A stretch of DNA of 64,000 bases from Lingula anatina (taxonomy: Eukaryota > Animalia > Brachiopoda): NCBI GenBank assembly GCA_051362555.1, contig CM120640.1, positions 66,380,788-66,444,787 on the forward strand, written 5' to 3'. The notes under the pieces were generated by a model. That model did no database searches. It saw only the letters and a program-made list of their open reading frames with translations, and was not told where the DNA came from. Positions 39,142 to 53,182 of this stretch are shown in pieces. Position numbers and translations under genes: made by a program. Within the stretch, counting starts at the first letter, position 1, and the number at the start of each line of letters is the position of its first letter.

Positions 39142-41399
39142 AACTTATGGTTATTCTCAGGAAACGTTCCATATTTTAGAGTGTGAGCGTGAATGTAGGA
39201 GTGGGGAGAGGTCGTTGCAATTAATGTTAAGGTCAAGCGAAAATGAAAAGTCTCCGTACATGCTATCACACGTAATTTCACTAGTTAATCTGCTAATCTG
39301 TTTGCATTCAGCGAGAGTCCCCTCTGAGTTGGATAGATGTACGTAGAACGTCAGTTTCATTGGGAATGAACCCTTAATCTAAGGCATTGTCACATTTTGG
39401 TGTGAGCGATATGCATTTGACAGCGGTTTGAATTACAGGTCGTTTATATAGAGTGAAATGGAGGCAAGTTCATCAAGGGCTAATATAAGCAAACGATTCT
39501 TGTCTAACGGTAAACAATTGGGTGCGGTCTTTTCAAAATCCGTTTATTTGTTACTCGCGCTTTCTTAATTATATGGCCACACTGATTTAACTTTATGGAT
39601 GAAGTCCTCTGGAGACCTCGGAACTCATGCAAAAAAAAAAAGCGAAAAATGCTTCTAAAGTAAACCAAAACACAGTTGGAAACGCAAATTGAACTAATTA
39701 AAAAAGAAACGGTATCAAACAACATTATCGCTGAGAAAACTACAAAATCAGCAGTCATTTGATTTATCTCAGTGTGTCAAACAAAAGTTTCTTAGCGCTG
39801 AGAATACAAAAGAATCAGCTCTGAAGTCATCTGCTTCATTTCTGTACAAACAACTGTACCACATACAGCCACTTTAAGGCCACCACACACCTCAACTCCC
39901 CTCCCATTTCTGTCATCTTTGCAAAAGAAGCGTGTGACAGCCGCTGTGGACAGAACGTCTTTTAAGTTGTCTATAGAGGATAGTCGCTCGTCGTCGCTCA
40001 TATAGTTGAGCAAACGTGATATCTCCCACGCCAAAGTCGATTGCATACCAATCTACATCCACACACCCCCTTCTTGTGAACTTATACACTTGTATGTTTA
40101 TGCATTTTGATGACGACGACGCGGCCGCCATCTTTGCATCCACAGCAGGTTATACGGTAGAAGAAAAACGAGATCTACGAAAACAATGGCTTTTCCGACA
40201 TTGTGAGTAGGCAGAGACGTAGACAACAGTCACTTCTGGACTTTGAGGAGGTGATTTTTTGTTTGTTTTTCAGAGGCGAAAATTAATGAGCGTGCTGATG
40301 TCAACCATAAAATTTAATCAGTATGGCCTAAGTAAGCGCGGGGCCTAAAGTTATCACAAATGTAAATATACACTCTCAGCTGTCACTTGATTGGTTAGAA
40401 AACAATTGTAATATTTATATTTGATTTTAAACCTGGGTGCATAAACTAAAAAACACATTAACTGCCATACAAGTCTACTATAAAGCAAAAAAAAATCTAA
40501 ATCGGTTAAAGTATTCAAAAAGAATATCGATAAATGTCCATAGGCTTTCCTAGAGCCAATGAAAAGAGAGCTCTCTCTCTCTCTCTTTATTAACTCTGTG
40601 GCAGTCAATATTGACTCTGCAGGCAGAAGTTGGGCCAAGAAAGTAACGTGACTATCTTAAATAGGAGTCCGCTAAAAATCGGAAAATTTTGGATTACATA
40701 GTTGTTAATTTGTACTTCACATTAATGAAGAGATCGCACACGTATAATTTCAGAGATGGGAAGAGGACAAAGGGAAGATTAGACAAAGGTAAGGGGAATT
40801 TACAAGTAATTTCTTTTTTTGGTAAATACGGTCCTAAAGCTCCTTTTGTATTTATGCCTGTGCGCAAGTATTCTTTCATATTTCAGGTGGTCGCGCACAT
40901 AATCGATGACAGTTGGTCAAAATCGATTACTGTTGGTCAAAACACCTGCAATTAAAATCACCGTCAGCTGTGCATTCGACTGGTAGAAGGTCTAGAGTTC
41001 TGGTGGCTTATTTCGCAACAGCTTTTGCCATTACTTCATAATCTGAATGTCTAGCGTCGACCTAGACTGGGATACACACACTGGGCACCAGGGCTTGATA
41101 GGTGTACTCTTGTACTGGTTTTAACACTGAAATAGCAGTACATACTCCGAAAGTTATAGTGATTTCGGTCTAAAGTGTATCACGCCAACTTCCCTATATT
41201 TTAATTTATTTATCCCTGTGGCCTGTTGTTAGCACGTCGTCCCCTAAAATATTTACATTGGCATATTTTGCAATTCATGTTCACTTTCTTAAATCATTGG
41301 TAAGTCACCAGCTTTATTTTTGTGGCAACTTTACGTTTTCACTTATATTTAAATCATTTATTTTTTCTTTATCTTATCTCTAAGAATATTGATGCCTTC

Positions 41400-41960
41400 A
41401 TGCCATCGACTTGTGCAGCAACATAAGATACTTTTACTTTTCCACCATTAAAAATGGTAGCCTTTTTTCAGACGTAATCCCACTGTGAGCCAGCTTTTTA
41501 TATATTGGTTTAATAACATTCATTATTCTATCTGTACCAGTGAATCCCATATTTCCCACCCTGCAAATTATCATTACCCTATTTACATCATTTAATACAT
41601 TTATCAACGTTATAAACGACCTAGTCCGACCTTTTAAACAGTAACTGTACAACATTTTTTCAGTAGGTTATTACTAGGTTAGTTGTTGCTAAGAAATCGT
41701 CCTTCCATTTTTTGTTATGCAATGCTTTAACTTGACAACCATAACACTGAAATCTCCGTAAATTACGATGACACCTATTTCTGCCTTTGCATAAATATTA
41801 ACAAACGTGAATACCAAGGCCCATATAGTTGTGACTTTGGCACCACATTAAACAGTGCGGGTTTTCGTATCTCCTGCATTCAGTTTCAAATTACCAAAGC
41901 TCTTATCGTGATATTGTACCGATACCTTTGTCCATTACAAGAAAAATCAATAAGTGTGTA
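41400..41960 (-). pseudogene. Possible degenerate L1/Tx1-type endonuclease fragment
   Basis: Minus-strand reading gives broken motif-like pieces TFVNIYA and IYGDFS (compare NIYAPN and GDFN of APE endonucleases); no intact ORF. Confidence 0.3.
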
Positions 41961-42702
41961 CATAATTATAAATAAGGGCAGGAGAGCCGTATAGGTCTTC
42001 TGTTAATGAGACTCGCGATGAACACTGATAATAAGTGAGTCTTTCTGTTGGCGATGCTGATTCTACTGTAATACTTTACCAAATCGGCTTGACGTGTGTC
42101 AACTATACGTGCAAGTTCAATGTAAGATGTCCGAATATACAAGTCAATGAATGGACAATTGCATTATTGACTAGCCAGTGAACACTGACCAGCCTCCTGG
42201 TATTACCTAACACGTTAAGCACTGCGAGCCAGCATAATGGTGAAAGGATATTCGGGTTACACGTTTTACTGAATAAAAGATGTACCCGTAACCCGGTATA
42301 TGTAAGTGGGCAATAAAGCAGAAATGTATATACAGTGTATTAGATTTTATATTATGAGATCACAATTGGAAAACGAGAACAAGTAAGCTCAAGACACCTT
42401 ACCATCTACTGACCACCAGGTTGAGAAATTAAAATGGCCGCAATCGTAAGTGAAAAAGTGTGTGTCTTAAAACAGTATCAATAATGATATTCCAAATGCC
42501 ATATTTTTAAAATTCAAATATATTACTGTTGGCCTGGGTGATAAAACCATGGTATTGTCTTCAGACATGTTTGAAAGATTATATTTAAAAAAAGAGCTAA
42601 GGTTAAAACCTGTCTGTAGCAAGACCTCAATTTAGCACGTCTAATGTAACACTCGTTGGTGAATAATTAGAAAAAAATCTCAATCAGGATTAAAAATGGA
42701 GC

Positions 42703-45418
42703 GTGGCTTAGGGTAAAAAAATGGCCAAATCGTGACACGGCGGATAAAAGCACCAAATTTTGCATGTGGGTACCTTTTGACATACTAAATCAAATTAGAG
42801 CCGTAGCCCACGGAAAAAAGTTACAGTTTGGCCAAAAAACCCAAAATGGCCGCCAATTTGTGAAATTCTGTAGAAATATATACATACCTATGTTGATTTT
42901 TATCAAATAAAGTATTTTCTCAATGTTTTCCACATCCTTATTACCCATATTATGCATATATGTCAGATAACAAACGAGTGTCCTTGGTCTTTTTGAAAAA
43001 TCCAAGATGGCCGCCGTATGGCATATGATTACTAGAACATGTACAAGGGGTTTCAACTAATGCCAACTATAGGAAGATACATTGCCCACTATCTAATTAA
43101 TTTTGTTTCTGAGTGCCTTATTACACAAATAATATATATGTGGTAAGTAACTAACGTTTATTCTCAGGCATTTCGAGAAAAATCCAAGATGGCCGCCATA
43201 TCAAAGGAATACTAGTATACTAGTACACATAGGGCTTCTTCTGCCATGGAGATATAATATCAATTGATAAATTAGGTTTGTTTCTGAGTATTTTCCCCGT
43301 CTTTTTAATCCACATAATATATGTGATGAGAATGTTATGTGTATCCTTTTTGAAAACAAAACAAAACAAAATGGCTGCCACTAGCCATAGAAGGTGGGGT
43401 TCAGTTAATACCTGCGACAGATAGGCTTCCATATAAAATGAAGCTGAATTCAGTTGTTATTCTGTTTATTATTATTATTATTGCTGTTATTATTATTATT
43501 ATTACCCATGATACGTATTTGTTAGGTAATTAATGTCCATATTTGATCATTTTGGGGAAATCCAAGATGGCCTTCTTTTCCCCGTAGGAAAACTGGTGCA
43601 TTGGATTTTACAGGCACTTCTAAGGCAAATGAGGGTAATCATGATATTTTGTCAAAATACTTAAGGGTACACACTTGTTACCCACCAGACAGATATCTCA
43701 AAGTCCAAGAAGAATGTGGGAAATACCGAGAAACAGAATTCATTTTATATTGAACCCAAAGTAGTTGACTGTAGGCCTACTAATCCTATTGTGAATTGCA
43801 GCAATCTTGAATTTTCTCAAATATGCAAGATGCACACTTGCTACACACCAGATTTATATAGAGTAAGGTTAATAAGGATGTCAACATGTTTGAATGGCTT
43901 TATTTCATGTTGGAATCAATGTCTGAACTGTTCCATTAATTGACACCTATGTGCATTTGAATGATATATTCCTATGACAACTGGCAGCTATCTTGGGTTT
44001 TCTCCGAATAGTACTCAAGGATACATACACTCTACACACACAGAGTCTTTCATAAGGATAAATAGGATATGAAAAAACATTTAAAACGATCTAAAGTTAA
44101 CTACATTTAAATTGTACTCAGTGTGTCTCTGGCATTATTTGATTATGTGTACGAATATTCTAATGACAAAAGGCAGACATCTTTATTTTTTTCAGAATAC
44201 CCAAAGATACACACATGCTACAGACCAGGTATTCATCATAGGGGTAATAATAAATGGAATGAAAAAAATATATTATTTTTAAAACAAACCCATGGGAATG
44301 TAATTGTATAGTAAACCATATGCCTCTCTAGCAGCAATTGAAACCCACCCATTAGTATTCCTATGTCAAATTGAAGCTATCTTGGATTTTCTCAAAATAT
44401 CCAAGGATGCACACTATTTACCCTCCAGATATATATCATAGGACTAATAAGGATGGGCAAAACTTGATAAGCTTAACTTGATAAGATAAACTTAATTTCA
44501 CCCTGGTATTAGACGAAAAGCCATGGACGTGCAGTTGTAATTCCAGTAGTATTCCTATGGCCAATGACAGCCATCTTGGATTTTCTCAGAATGATCAAAT
44601 ATGCACATTTATTACCTGCTAGATATGTATCACAGTGTAATAATAATGTGTAAAACACTGAAAAAATAAACTGAACTTGATAATGAATTATGTTTTTCCT
44701 AGCTGGCATTAGTTCCAACCCTTTGTAATACTAGAAGTATTCCTATGACATATGGCGGCCATCTTGGATTTTCTCAAAATGCCCAAGAATACATGTTAGT
44801 TACTCGCCACATACATATTGTGTGGGTGGAAAGGATGTGGAAAACACTCAGAAACAAACTAAATTTGATATGGGAAAATTATTCTTTTCAGTTGCCATTA
44901 GTTGAATCCCCCGTATACTAGAATTTTTGTGGCACATGGCAGCCATCTTGGATTTTCCAAAATGCCCAAGAACACTTCGTAGTTACTCACCACAAACATT
45001 GATATGTGGGTAACAAAAATCTGAGAAACAGACTTAATTTGATAGTGGACAACGTATCTTTCTAGCTGGTATTAGTTGTGCACTAGTATTCCTATGGCTG
45101 TTTGTATGGCATATGACAGCCATCTTGGATTTTTTCAAAAAGTCCAAGGGAACTTGTTTGCTATCTGACATATATGAATAAAATGGGTAATAAGGGTGTG
45201 GAAAACTCTGAGGAAATAATTTATTTGATAAAAATCAACATAGGTATGTATATATTTCTATAGAATTCCATAAATTGGCGGCCATTTTGGATTTTTTGAC
45301 CAAACGGTAAACTGTTTGAGAGGGCTACAGCTCTAATTTGATTTATAATGTCAAAAGGTAACTACATGCCAAATTTGGTGCTTTTATCCGCCGTGTCACG
45401 ATTTTTTCCTTAAGCCAC
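42703..45418. mobile_element. Foldback-like non-autonomous element with long imperfect TIRs and internal subrepeats of about 180-190 bp
   Basis: AAATCGTGACACGGCGGATAAAAGCACCAAATT near 42727 is the reverse complement of the segment near 45372-45404, and similarity continues inward for more than 300 bp. AAATCCAAGATGGC recurs forward in the left half and as GCCATCTTGGATTTT in the right half. Confidence 0.8.
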
Positions 45419-46011
45419 CGGACTAATATTGGCAGACATTAAGATATTTTTGCATATTAAAATATCAAGTGTAACAGGCAAGTAGTATTGATCAATTTCA
45501 ACATTTCTTGAAGAATATTGGAAGGCTATGCCAAGCTGTGTTTTCCAGCACTAATATGTCAGCTTTTGTACTACGTTCATATTAAACCTTGGATATAGCA
45601 TGGCAATATATGCCAAAGGAGGTTTCATAGAGGGAATGGGCGTTGGTTTCACACCCCCCCCCCTCCCAGTTTACGTGAAACTGTGTCAGACCATTAACAT
45701 TTGCCACGATTGCAGCCTTATAAAAACAGTGACAATGAGCCGAGATTTGCGATAAATTGTGTCAAAATCTAAACGTGACGCACGTGTGTTAAGATACTTC
45801 TTGGTATATTACCACTTCATGGGATACATTTCAAACCATTTCAGAGTTTGTAAACCAGACCTTTTCAAGCAAGGTTGCCATGCAATCCCCTGCAAAGGAA
45901 AATTAATGCGGTCGTTCATTTACATATAATATTCCGCATCTTTCTGTACACTTTGTGACAAGTCTGTTGAAAAGAAACGAATATTCGATTGACATCAATT
46001 TTATGTTTTAA

Positions 46012-46014
<3 letters not shown>

Positions 46015-46053
<39 letters not shown>

Positions 46054-46102
46054 TTTTTTGTATGTGTGAGTGTGTGATTGAAAACACTGATTCTCAATAT
46101 AG

Positions 46103-46139
<37 letters not shown>
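46015..46139. repeat. (TTTA)n and (TA)n microsatellites
   Basis: Direct reading. Confidence 0.85.
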
Positions 46140-46141
<2 letters not shown>

Positions 46142-47601
46142 TTCATTTGAAGAAAACAGTAAAGTGAATTAAGCTAAAGATATATATTCACCAATTCTAC
46201 TTTTTGCTAAAGCTTTGGTGACAGAAAGATAAATCTAGCTTTTTGTTTTAATCATAATCATGCATACTTTTCCCGACTCATGGGTTGCTGATATGGAGAG
46301 TTTTCGAATTCAGTAACGGAGGTTTTAGTAACAAAAGTTTTAAAAATTAAAATCCTTTTGTATAATATTTTCACGTTATTAAGGGGCCATGAGAAGATCC
46401 GAGTGTTTACTGGTCCACGGCCTAAATATGGCGGACCAACATGAAACTACATCGTCAAGTAGGTATGTATACAAAGTCAACGAAAGAATGGAAATAATTT
46501 GAATGCAAAAAAGTATTGATCCGTCGTTCCAGAATGTAGTGTGAACAACAACTACATAGGTAATCTTTTATTTATTTTTTTTTTAATTCTGGGGAAACCC
46601 GGGGAGGAACACACTTCTGGATACTTAAAATTGAATACAAAGTCTGGTGTTATACGGTAGAGGTGTCAGCAGAAATGAATCTCAGCAGCAATTATTGTCC
46701 TCACACTGGGCTGTTTAGCTTTTCAAGCTCGTCACAGAAAAAAAATGCTTCACAATCCCATATATACGATCCCATAACAAGTTTATTACAAGACTCAACA
46801 ATTTTGCTTAACACTTCCCCTTGTAAACATATGGGGTTGTTGGAGGCGAGAAGCAGCCTGCTCGAACGCGTTGTGTCCTTCCTTGCAGTAACGTGTGATT
46901 ATTTAAAATAGGCCTATTAAGTTATAATCCAAATAACAAATAACGTTTTCACGACGTTATTAGCTGGTTACATGATGGTGATGGTATAGAATAACGTCAT
47001 GGTAACGTTATGGGTGTTTTTAACTCCATGCAAAATGATGCCCTTGCAGTTTTATAAGCGTTTTATAACATTCTGGAAAAACATTATTTAATGTTTTGAA
47101 AACTTTTTTTATTAATCACCAAAACACGTCTTATGCTGTATGGACTACAGTTAGCGGTTAATTCCAAAATGGGCTTGGGTTAGTCGGCGACTAGAGCGGT
47201 GCGATTTGAAAAATATTCGGACTATCGTTACCAAAATAACCAGCATGTGATGAAAGATTAAATAAACCATTATAATGAATACCCCACCATCATCCTGATG
47301 TTCTATTGTTCATTACTTCCGGAAAAAATAAATGAACATCAATACCTTAACGCATTTTATCAAAATATGAAAAAAATGTTTTAAAGTAAAAGTAATAGTT
47401 GTTTCGTGTCTTTAGTAAACTAGTGAATTTTCTAACTTGTTTTTCAGAAATATATTCCAATTAACTTCGTCGCAAGGTCAGCTAACACAAGGATGAATAA
47501 GTCCCGCTGTAAAGATGATGTTGTGAATCAACTATGTTGACAGTTCACGGTACCCTGTTATAGATAGAGATATCTATAGCACTTAAAGGTGACCGTGTCT
47601 T

Positions 47602-47641
47602 CGCGCGCTCGCGCGCGCGCGCGCGTGTGTGTGTGTGAGAG
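47602..47641. repeat. (CG)n(TG)n alternating purine-pyrimidine tract
   Basis: cgcgcgctcgcgcgcgcgcgcgcgtgtgtgtgtgtg. Confidence 0.8.
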
Positions 47642-48475
47642 AGTGACTGTAACAGTTGAAAACGTTACAACCTTAAAGTTAAACAAATACACACTACATT
47701 TATTAGGCGTCAAGCACGTCAAAGCGTGTAACATGTTAATAGGCTAAACGTGCTTAGGTGCTAAACGCGTGGAAAAAATGAGACAAAACAGGCGCTTAGA
47801 AATGTGTCTCAGAGCTAAACACTGTTTTTACACTGTAGGATTGTGATATGATTGGATTTACTGTGGAATTTCATATAAGCAGAATAACTGTGTAATATCA
47901 TGAAGGCAGGGTGTTTGGGCATTAGCTCTCTACTATTAACACAAATTTACCCGTATATGCAGCGCAAATGTGTTTATCTCTCTTCAGGTAGGATGACGCT
48001 AATATATTTAACACACACCTGACGGTAGACATTTTGCAGTCGAAGAGGGCGTTCAGGTAAATACAAATTTATTGTGATGAAATTATAAAAGGTTCAATTT
48101 CTACAGAAATATTACATGTACTACAGAGATCAATTTCTTTCAGAACGGTATTATTGAATTATTGTTCGGACACAATCATAGGGTATGCAAACAAGATAAC
48201 TTTGCAGGACCCGATTATATTATTCATATTGTTTAGGCTAAATTCTTTTAATATCACGGGAAAAAATTTAAGATTGTAGTATTAACATGACTAATACCAG
48301 ATAATTCAAACTAATCCATTGGCTACAAGATCTCAGAGATAGGTAGACGATTCTGTGCCATGAAAGATCAACTTTCTCTTAAATATGAAATAAAAACTAA
48401 CTGTAATTATGTATTTATTCCTGAACATCATTGTATTTAAACTGGTAAATTTATTTATTTATTTGTTGTTACAGC

Positions 48476-49618
48476 ATGTCTGCAGTAGGATATCAGCAGT
48501 CCATACGGTTTCTGGGCGGGATTTGTATTGTTTTGCTTGTTGTTATGTTGGACCTCATATACTTTAATGGATCAACGCCGCAACTGAATAGAAAAGGAAT
48601 GAACGTTACTGTGCCTCAGTTTAAAAAATATCAGGCACGTGTATGTTCTCTGGACTTTTTACGGAACTACTTCGTGAAAACCGGACGCTTTTTTGGAGGT
48701 GGGAAATGGGTGAATGATAAATGGTGGCCAAAAGATTGCATGATGCCTAAATACCTTAGCCCTGAACAACTTGCACCTTGTTTAGTAAAGAAAAACATAA
48801 AGAAAATAGGGCAAGTCGGAGATTCACAATCTATGCGGTATATGGCAGCTATAAAACGGGGTGAAAATGCTTATTCGTGTAAATTGTTAAAAAGTGAAAG
48901 CACGATGTCAAGATCACCAGCTCCAAGTTACTTCAGCCCTCCTCTTGACCCCAAGTCCATACGAGTAGCCAGCAGGGACTGTAGCGGGTGTGCCGGACAG
49001 CTTGTTCGCTGTACACCTCAAGGTAGCACAGAAACGACTGACATTGAAGTGTTAATTACGGAATATACTAAAGACCATGAAATATCTACAAAAAGAAATG
49101 CCTGGAAACATGAGTGCGACGACAGGCTGAAGAATATTAGTGGAATATTTTGTCAAGAGTCGATGACAACGCAAGAGGTGTATTTCCGTGAATACTGGGC
49201 TCTTTCTGGATACCCAGATGTAATCATTATATATGCTGTTCACGCCCACGAGGCACAAAAGCGACGGCCAAGTGATTTTAGACGTGATTTCACTTGGTTT
49301 ATAGACCTTGTCGTTTCTGTGGTGCCAAAAACAACAAAGATTTTATACTGGAACTCCCCGCAGGTTAATTCTGCCAAACAACCAGTCTTTTGGAGAAATA
49401 TCACTGCCAATACATACATCAGCCAATTAAATGCAGTAAGCGCATCTGTGATAAAAAAATTCATCATTGAGAAAAAGGTAAATAATTTATACCCGATGTT
49501 TGACTTATATGGAATATCTAGGGACGTCATGAAGTGGATTGTAGATGGAGTTCACTTCTCGGGTCCGTGGTACAACCAAATTATCACGCTGTTTTGGACA
49601 ACTTTATGTGCAGATTAA
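48476..49618 (+). CDS. Type II membrane SGNH/PC-esterase-like protein (NXPE/TBL/CASD1-like acyl-esterase or acyltransferase fold), 380 aa, single coding exon
   Basis: Long ORF preceded by acceptor TTACAG|C-ATG; N-terminal hydrophobic anchor; G.W...W.P..C motif; catalytic-type GDS (VGDSQSMRY) and C-terminal DGVH. Probable non-coding exon at about 47988-48056. Confidence 0.85.
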   Translation: MSAVGYQQSIRFLGGICIVLLVVMLDLIYFNGSTPQLNRKGMNVTVPQFKKYQARVCSLDFLRNYFVKTGRFFGGGKWVNDKWWPKDCMMPKYLSPEQLAPCLVKKNIKKIGQVGDSQSMRYMAAIKRGENAYSCKLLKSESTMSRSPAPSYFSPPLDPKSIRVASRDCSGCAGQLVRCTPQGSTETTDIEVLITEYTKDHEISTKRNAWKHECDDRLKNISGIFCQESMTTQEVYFREYWALSGYPDVIIIYAVHAHEAQKRRPSDFRRDFTWFIDLVVSVVPKTTKILYWNSPQVNSAKQPVFWRNITANTYISQLNAVSASVIKKFIIEKKVNNLYPMFDLYGISRDVMKWIVDGVHFSGPWYNQIITLFWTTLCAD

Positions 49619-50749
49619 CCATTTAAAATAATAATAATAATAATAAACGTATTTATTAGGTGTTATCTATCGGATGAATATCAGTGGGGTGTCTCTTCCA
49701 CCCGTTCTCTCGGCGAGTTTTTACACAATATGACTTACTATCGGTGCAGTGGTTTTTAAAGAGCCGACCTCGGCATTGTTTGGCGTGCCATGGCCATCTC
49801 CACCTTGACACGATGAAGATAGGCTATAGTGAAGAGGTTAGTGGCAAGTTATCTCTGAAGCTCAGGGTGCCATCTCAGATTGAGTTGATAAAATTGTGCA
49901 GAGATAAACATACATGAAATTACATACATACATAGAAGAATGTCCCTCCAATTTTTAATAGTGTATGAAAAAAATGAGAAGGAAGAGAATGCAATGTGCA
50001 GTTCCACATACAGGGTATCGATAGAAGTAGATATTAACAATACGGATAATACATTCTTGGTTAAAAGGCTGTACTACTCATTTTTACTTCTATGGAAATC
50101 ATTGTGGAGAATCATATTTGAGGGGGTCCATTGTTAATTTGAATAAATCGCATAAAAACGGATATCTGCACCGGTACAATGTATGTTGGGTTTTCTTAAC
50201 CCTTAGGCATGTTAAATATGGAATAAAAGCAAAGGTTAATACCCGCATATGATCATTTGTTTACAAGAGCGCATAGGACTAATGGTGGTACTACCCTTTT
50301 GACCATGAGTGTACTTAGCAAACATTGTTGGGTAGAAGATGAAGATATTTGTATATATACTTATGCATGGGGCCCAGGCTGGTTTTTCATAATATGCTCT
50401 TTACTTAGGCTGCCCGTATTGTTTGCTAGTTTACCTCCGGCATGTGTTGAAACTCCACTGAGTACCCTCATCCAGGGTCGCAGATTAATTATGTTCACTT
50501 TTCTCACAGCAGAGAATCATGTCCTGAATTATCCAGAGACATAATATCTGTGAATATATAGTGGAAAAAATCAATCTGTGTTCCTGGTAGAGGTATCCTT
50601 GGACTTTGTTGAAAGGTTTTGCACTTTAAGCCAATAAATCGTGGAGTCCAGCATATACTGAGATCTCTATGTGACCCACAAGCAATACACATTATAGTGG
50701 TTTGATTTGAATTATGTGTCATGAAATGTCTAGTTAAAAAGTAACACTA

Positions 50750-51025
50750 CAGGGGCGGATCCAGGATTATTTGAAGGGGGGGGGGGTCCTCGGATGTGAA
50801 GCCGACCCTCCCCCCTCCCCCCCCTTCCCCCAACACACACACACACACACACTTGGCGTGGGGTTTGGGGCCCCCTGAAGGTCGGGGCCCCCTGAAGGGC
50901 CCCGGAAATTTTTGGTATTTTAGAGGGCGAACGGTGCCATTTGGTACGGTTTAGAACTATGATTCAGCTAGTCAAAATTCTAATTTCAAGAGGGGAACAG
51001 AAATCACCCTCTAAATCCGCCACTG
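50750..51025. mobile_element. MITE with CAGGGGCGGAT/ATCCGCCACTG TIRs and 5-bp TSD (CACTA)
   Basis: cacta|CAGGGGCGGAT ... ATCCGCCACTG|cacta; GC-rich interior. Confidence 0.7.
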
Positions 51026-53182
51026 CACTACAGTGTTAAATTTATACTGTCCATATACTATTCCTGTAGTTAGCAATGATTGCAAATACTTGAGCGTTTT
51101 TTTCTGTGAAACTACAAACAAATTTAATAGTCTTTTCTGTACAAAACGATTTAACTTTCAATTTGAAAAAAAAAAACATTTTTCTCGGGGTAATAAGGGA
51201 AAATGTTTAAAATGGAATATGTACACGGTAAAAGTATACAACTAAAAAATTTCCAGTAGACGGTAGATACCACTGAAGCTACAGGACTAAGGGTGATGTA
51301 TACTCCAATTATCAGAGTTGTATGAATTATATATAATCGCCTTGTAAATTATGGTTATTCAAGAGAGGGTCATCACCTCTCTGTGTATCTAACCAGCTGG
51401 ATGCAGGTATGTCACCAGAAGATTAGTATGTTACACCATATAGCCGCGAGCACTCAAATGTAGGTGTTTTATATTAATAACGACTTTGAAATAATGTGGA
51501 TGTAATCCGTGTAGATAACAGGAGGTTGGCAACCTGAATGTTAGTAGAATGACCTAGTTAATTGTGGTTTATATGCTTTTTTTTGTTTTAAACTCTAACG
51601 ATAATTTTGAGACAGTTGAAGACGTTTCCAACATCTGTATAATATTCAATGGCCAGCATTTTTATATAAAAAAAAATTGGTAAAATACACTTATGATCAA
51701 ATATGTTATCCTTCCTGCTTACCGACGAATTCAAGTGAAATTATTATTTTGAAATATTATTGGTTTCAAATAAAACTGCACTGTTGTCACGCCTAAAGTC
51801 TTGTAATGGACCACGTTATCTCTGTCCTACCCCAACATGCATACTACATTATAAACCATTCAGACAAGGCGTGGTCCAAACTTGTTTCTTTACACATGCA
51901 ATTCATAATGATTTAATGTGTGACAAGTAGAAAGAAAGCTGAAATATTTATGCTACAGTCTGGTGAGCACCAACAAACCCCTTGTGTTTAAACCACGTAA
52001 CACATGTATGCGTGCATCGACCCGAAACATCCAATCAATTCGAGGAGTTCCTCCATGACACAGACATTTTTTACGGCTCAGGTAAGTTCACCTAAAATTT
52101 ACTTAAAGGTGGAATATTTTCCTTGAGGCTTATAATTGTCATCTTGGCAATCTTTGACTGACTCAGAATATCAATATCAGTCACACAGGTTTTCCTTGCC
52201 TTGAACAATGTTTCTAGTGTTAGCAACAGGTACACACAAATAGATTTCCCCTCATTATTCGTGGAACACTTAACCCAGTGGACAAATATTGCAGTAAACA
52301 AACTTATGTAATGCTGTTGACGCCTGATCGATATTTCTGTGCCAAATATTGGCACTTAACAACTTGTGTATTATTTTCAAGGGACGCCCTTGCTGCTGTA
52401 AGAGCCAGTCAAGGGCAAAGATTATTCATTTACCTTTCTGTAACACATTGAGATAAGCGGCATTGTTGGCAGTATACAGCACATGATCCTTCAGGTTGGT
52501 ATCACTTCAACCTTTATTAATATTATATTATAATGATTGAAGTTCTGAGATAATAACTTAAATAAGCCGCTACGTATAAACGAAGATGAAAAATGTATTA
52601 ATATACACGAAAGAGATAATTCTAAATAAAATGAACATGTTGTGCATCAAGTGGCATTAAGGTTGTCATATTTAAATGAGATTTAAAAGGATATTTACTT
52701 CAGTTTACAGAGATAAGAGCTCTTCATTTTGGCGGGAAAAGTGCCATAAAACGGATTTTTTCGGGGTAAAGGACGATTTCCCATTTTTGCCGATGGATAA
52801 TTAAACCCTTCCGACATTAAAAATTACAATATAGTCGATTTTTTTAAATTGTATTTTTGTAATAATCTCTTAAGAAATCATGAGAGAGGGTAGCCATACA
52901 TGAAGGTCCACGAGGTCTGATGACAAGCATAGATTTTCAGAATAATTGCGATAACCCCCTGTAGGTGGTAAAAGGGAGTTTATTATATTACTATGTGTTG
53001 TTTACAATGTGCCCGTATGAATTGTGGAATTTTGAATCCATATGAAGAGTTGCTACCCCCTCTGGGATCGTACAGGTATTTTTCCGTTTTAATAGTTCTT
53101 TATAAGTTTTATATATGGAACATATTCGTTGGAACAGAAGAGTAGTAAATTTGATATTCTCGTTTCAGATATAGACGCTACC

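Noticed and set aside
39792-40210. CpG-rich segment with short overlapping ORFs and an AAGATGGCGGCC motif
   Set aside because: Could be a promoter or transposon remnant, but no recognisable protein motif or consistent exon chain was found.
49052-49530. Antisense ORFs over the SGNH genes (also 53707 and 53990)
   Set aside because: Shadows of the coding strand with no independent support.
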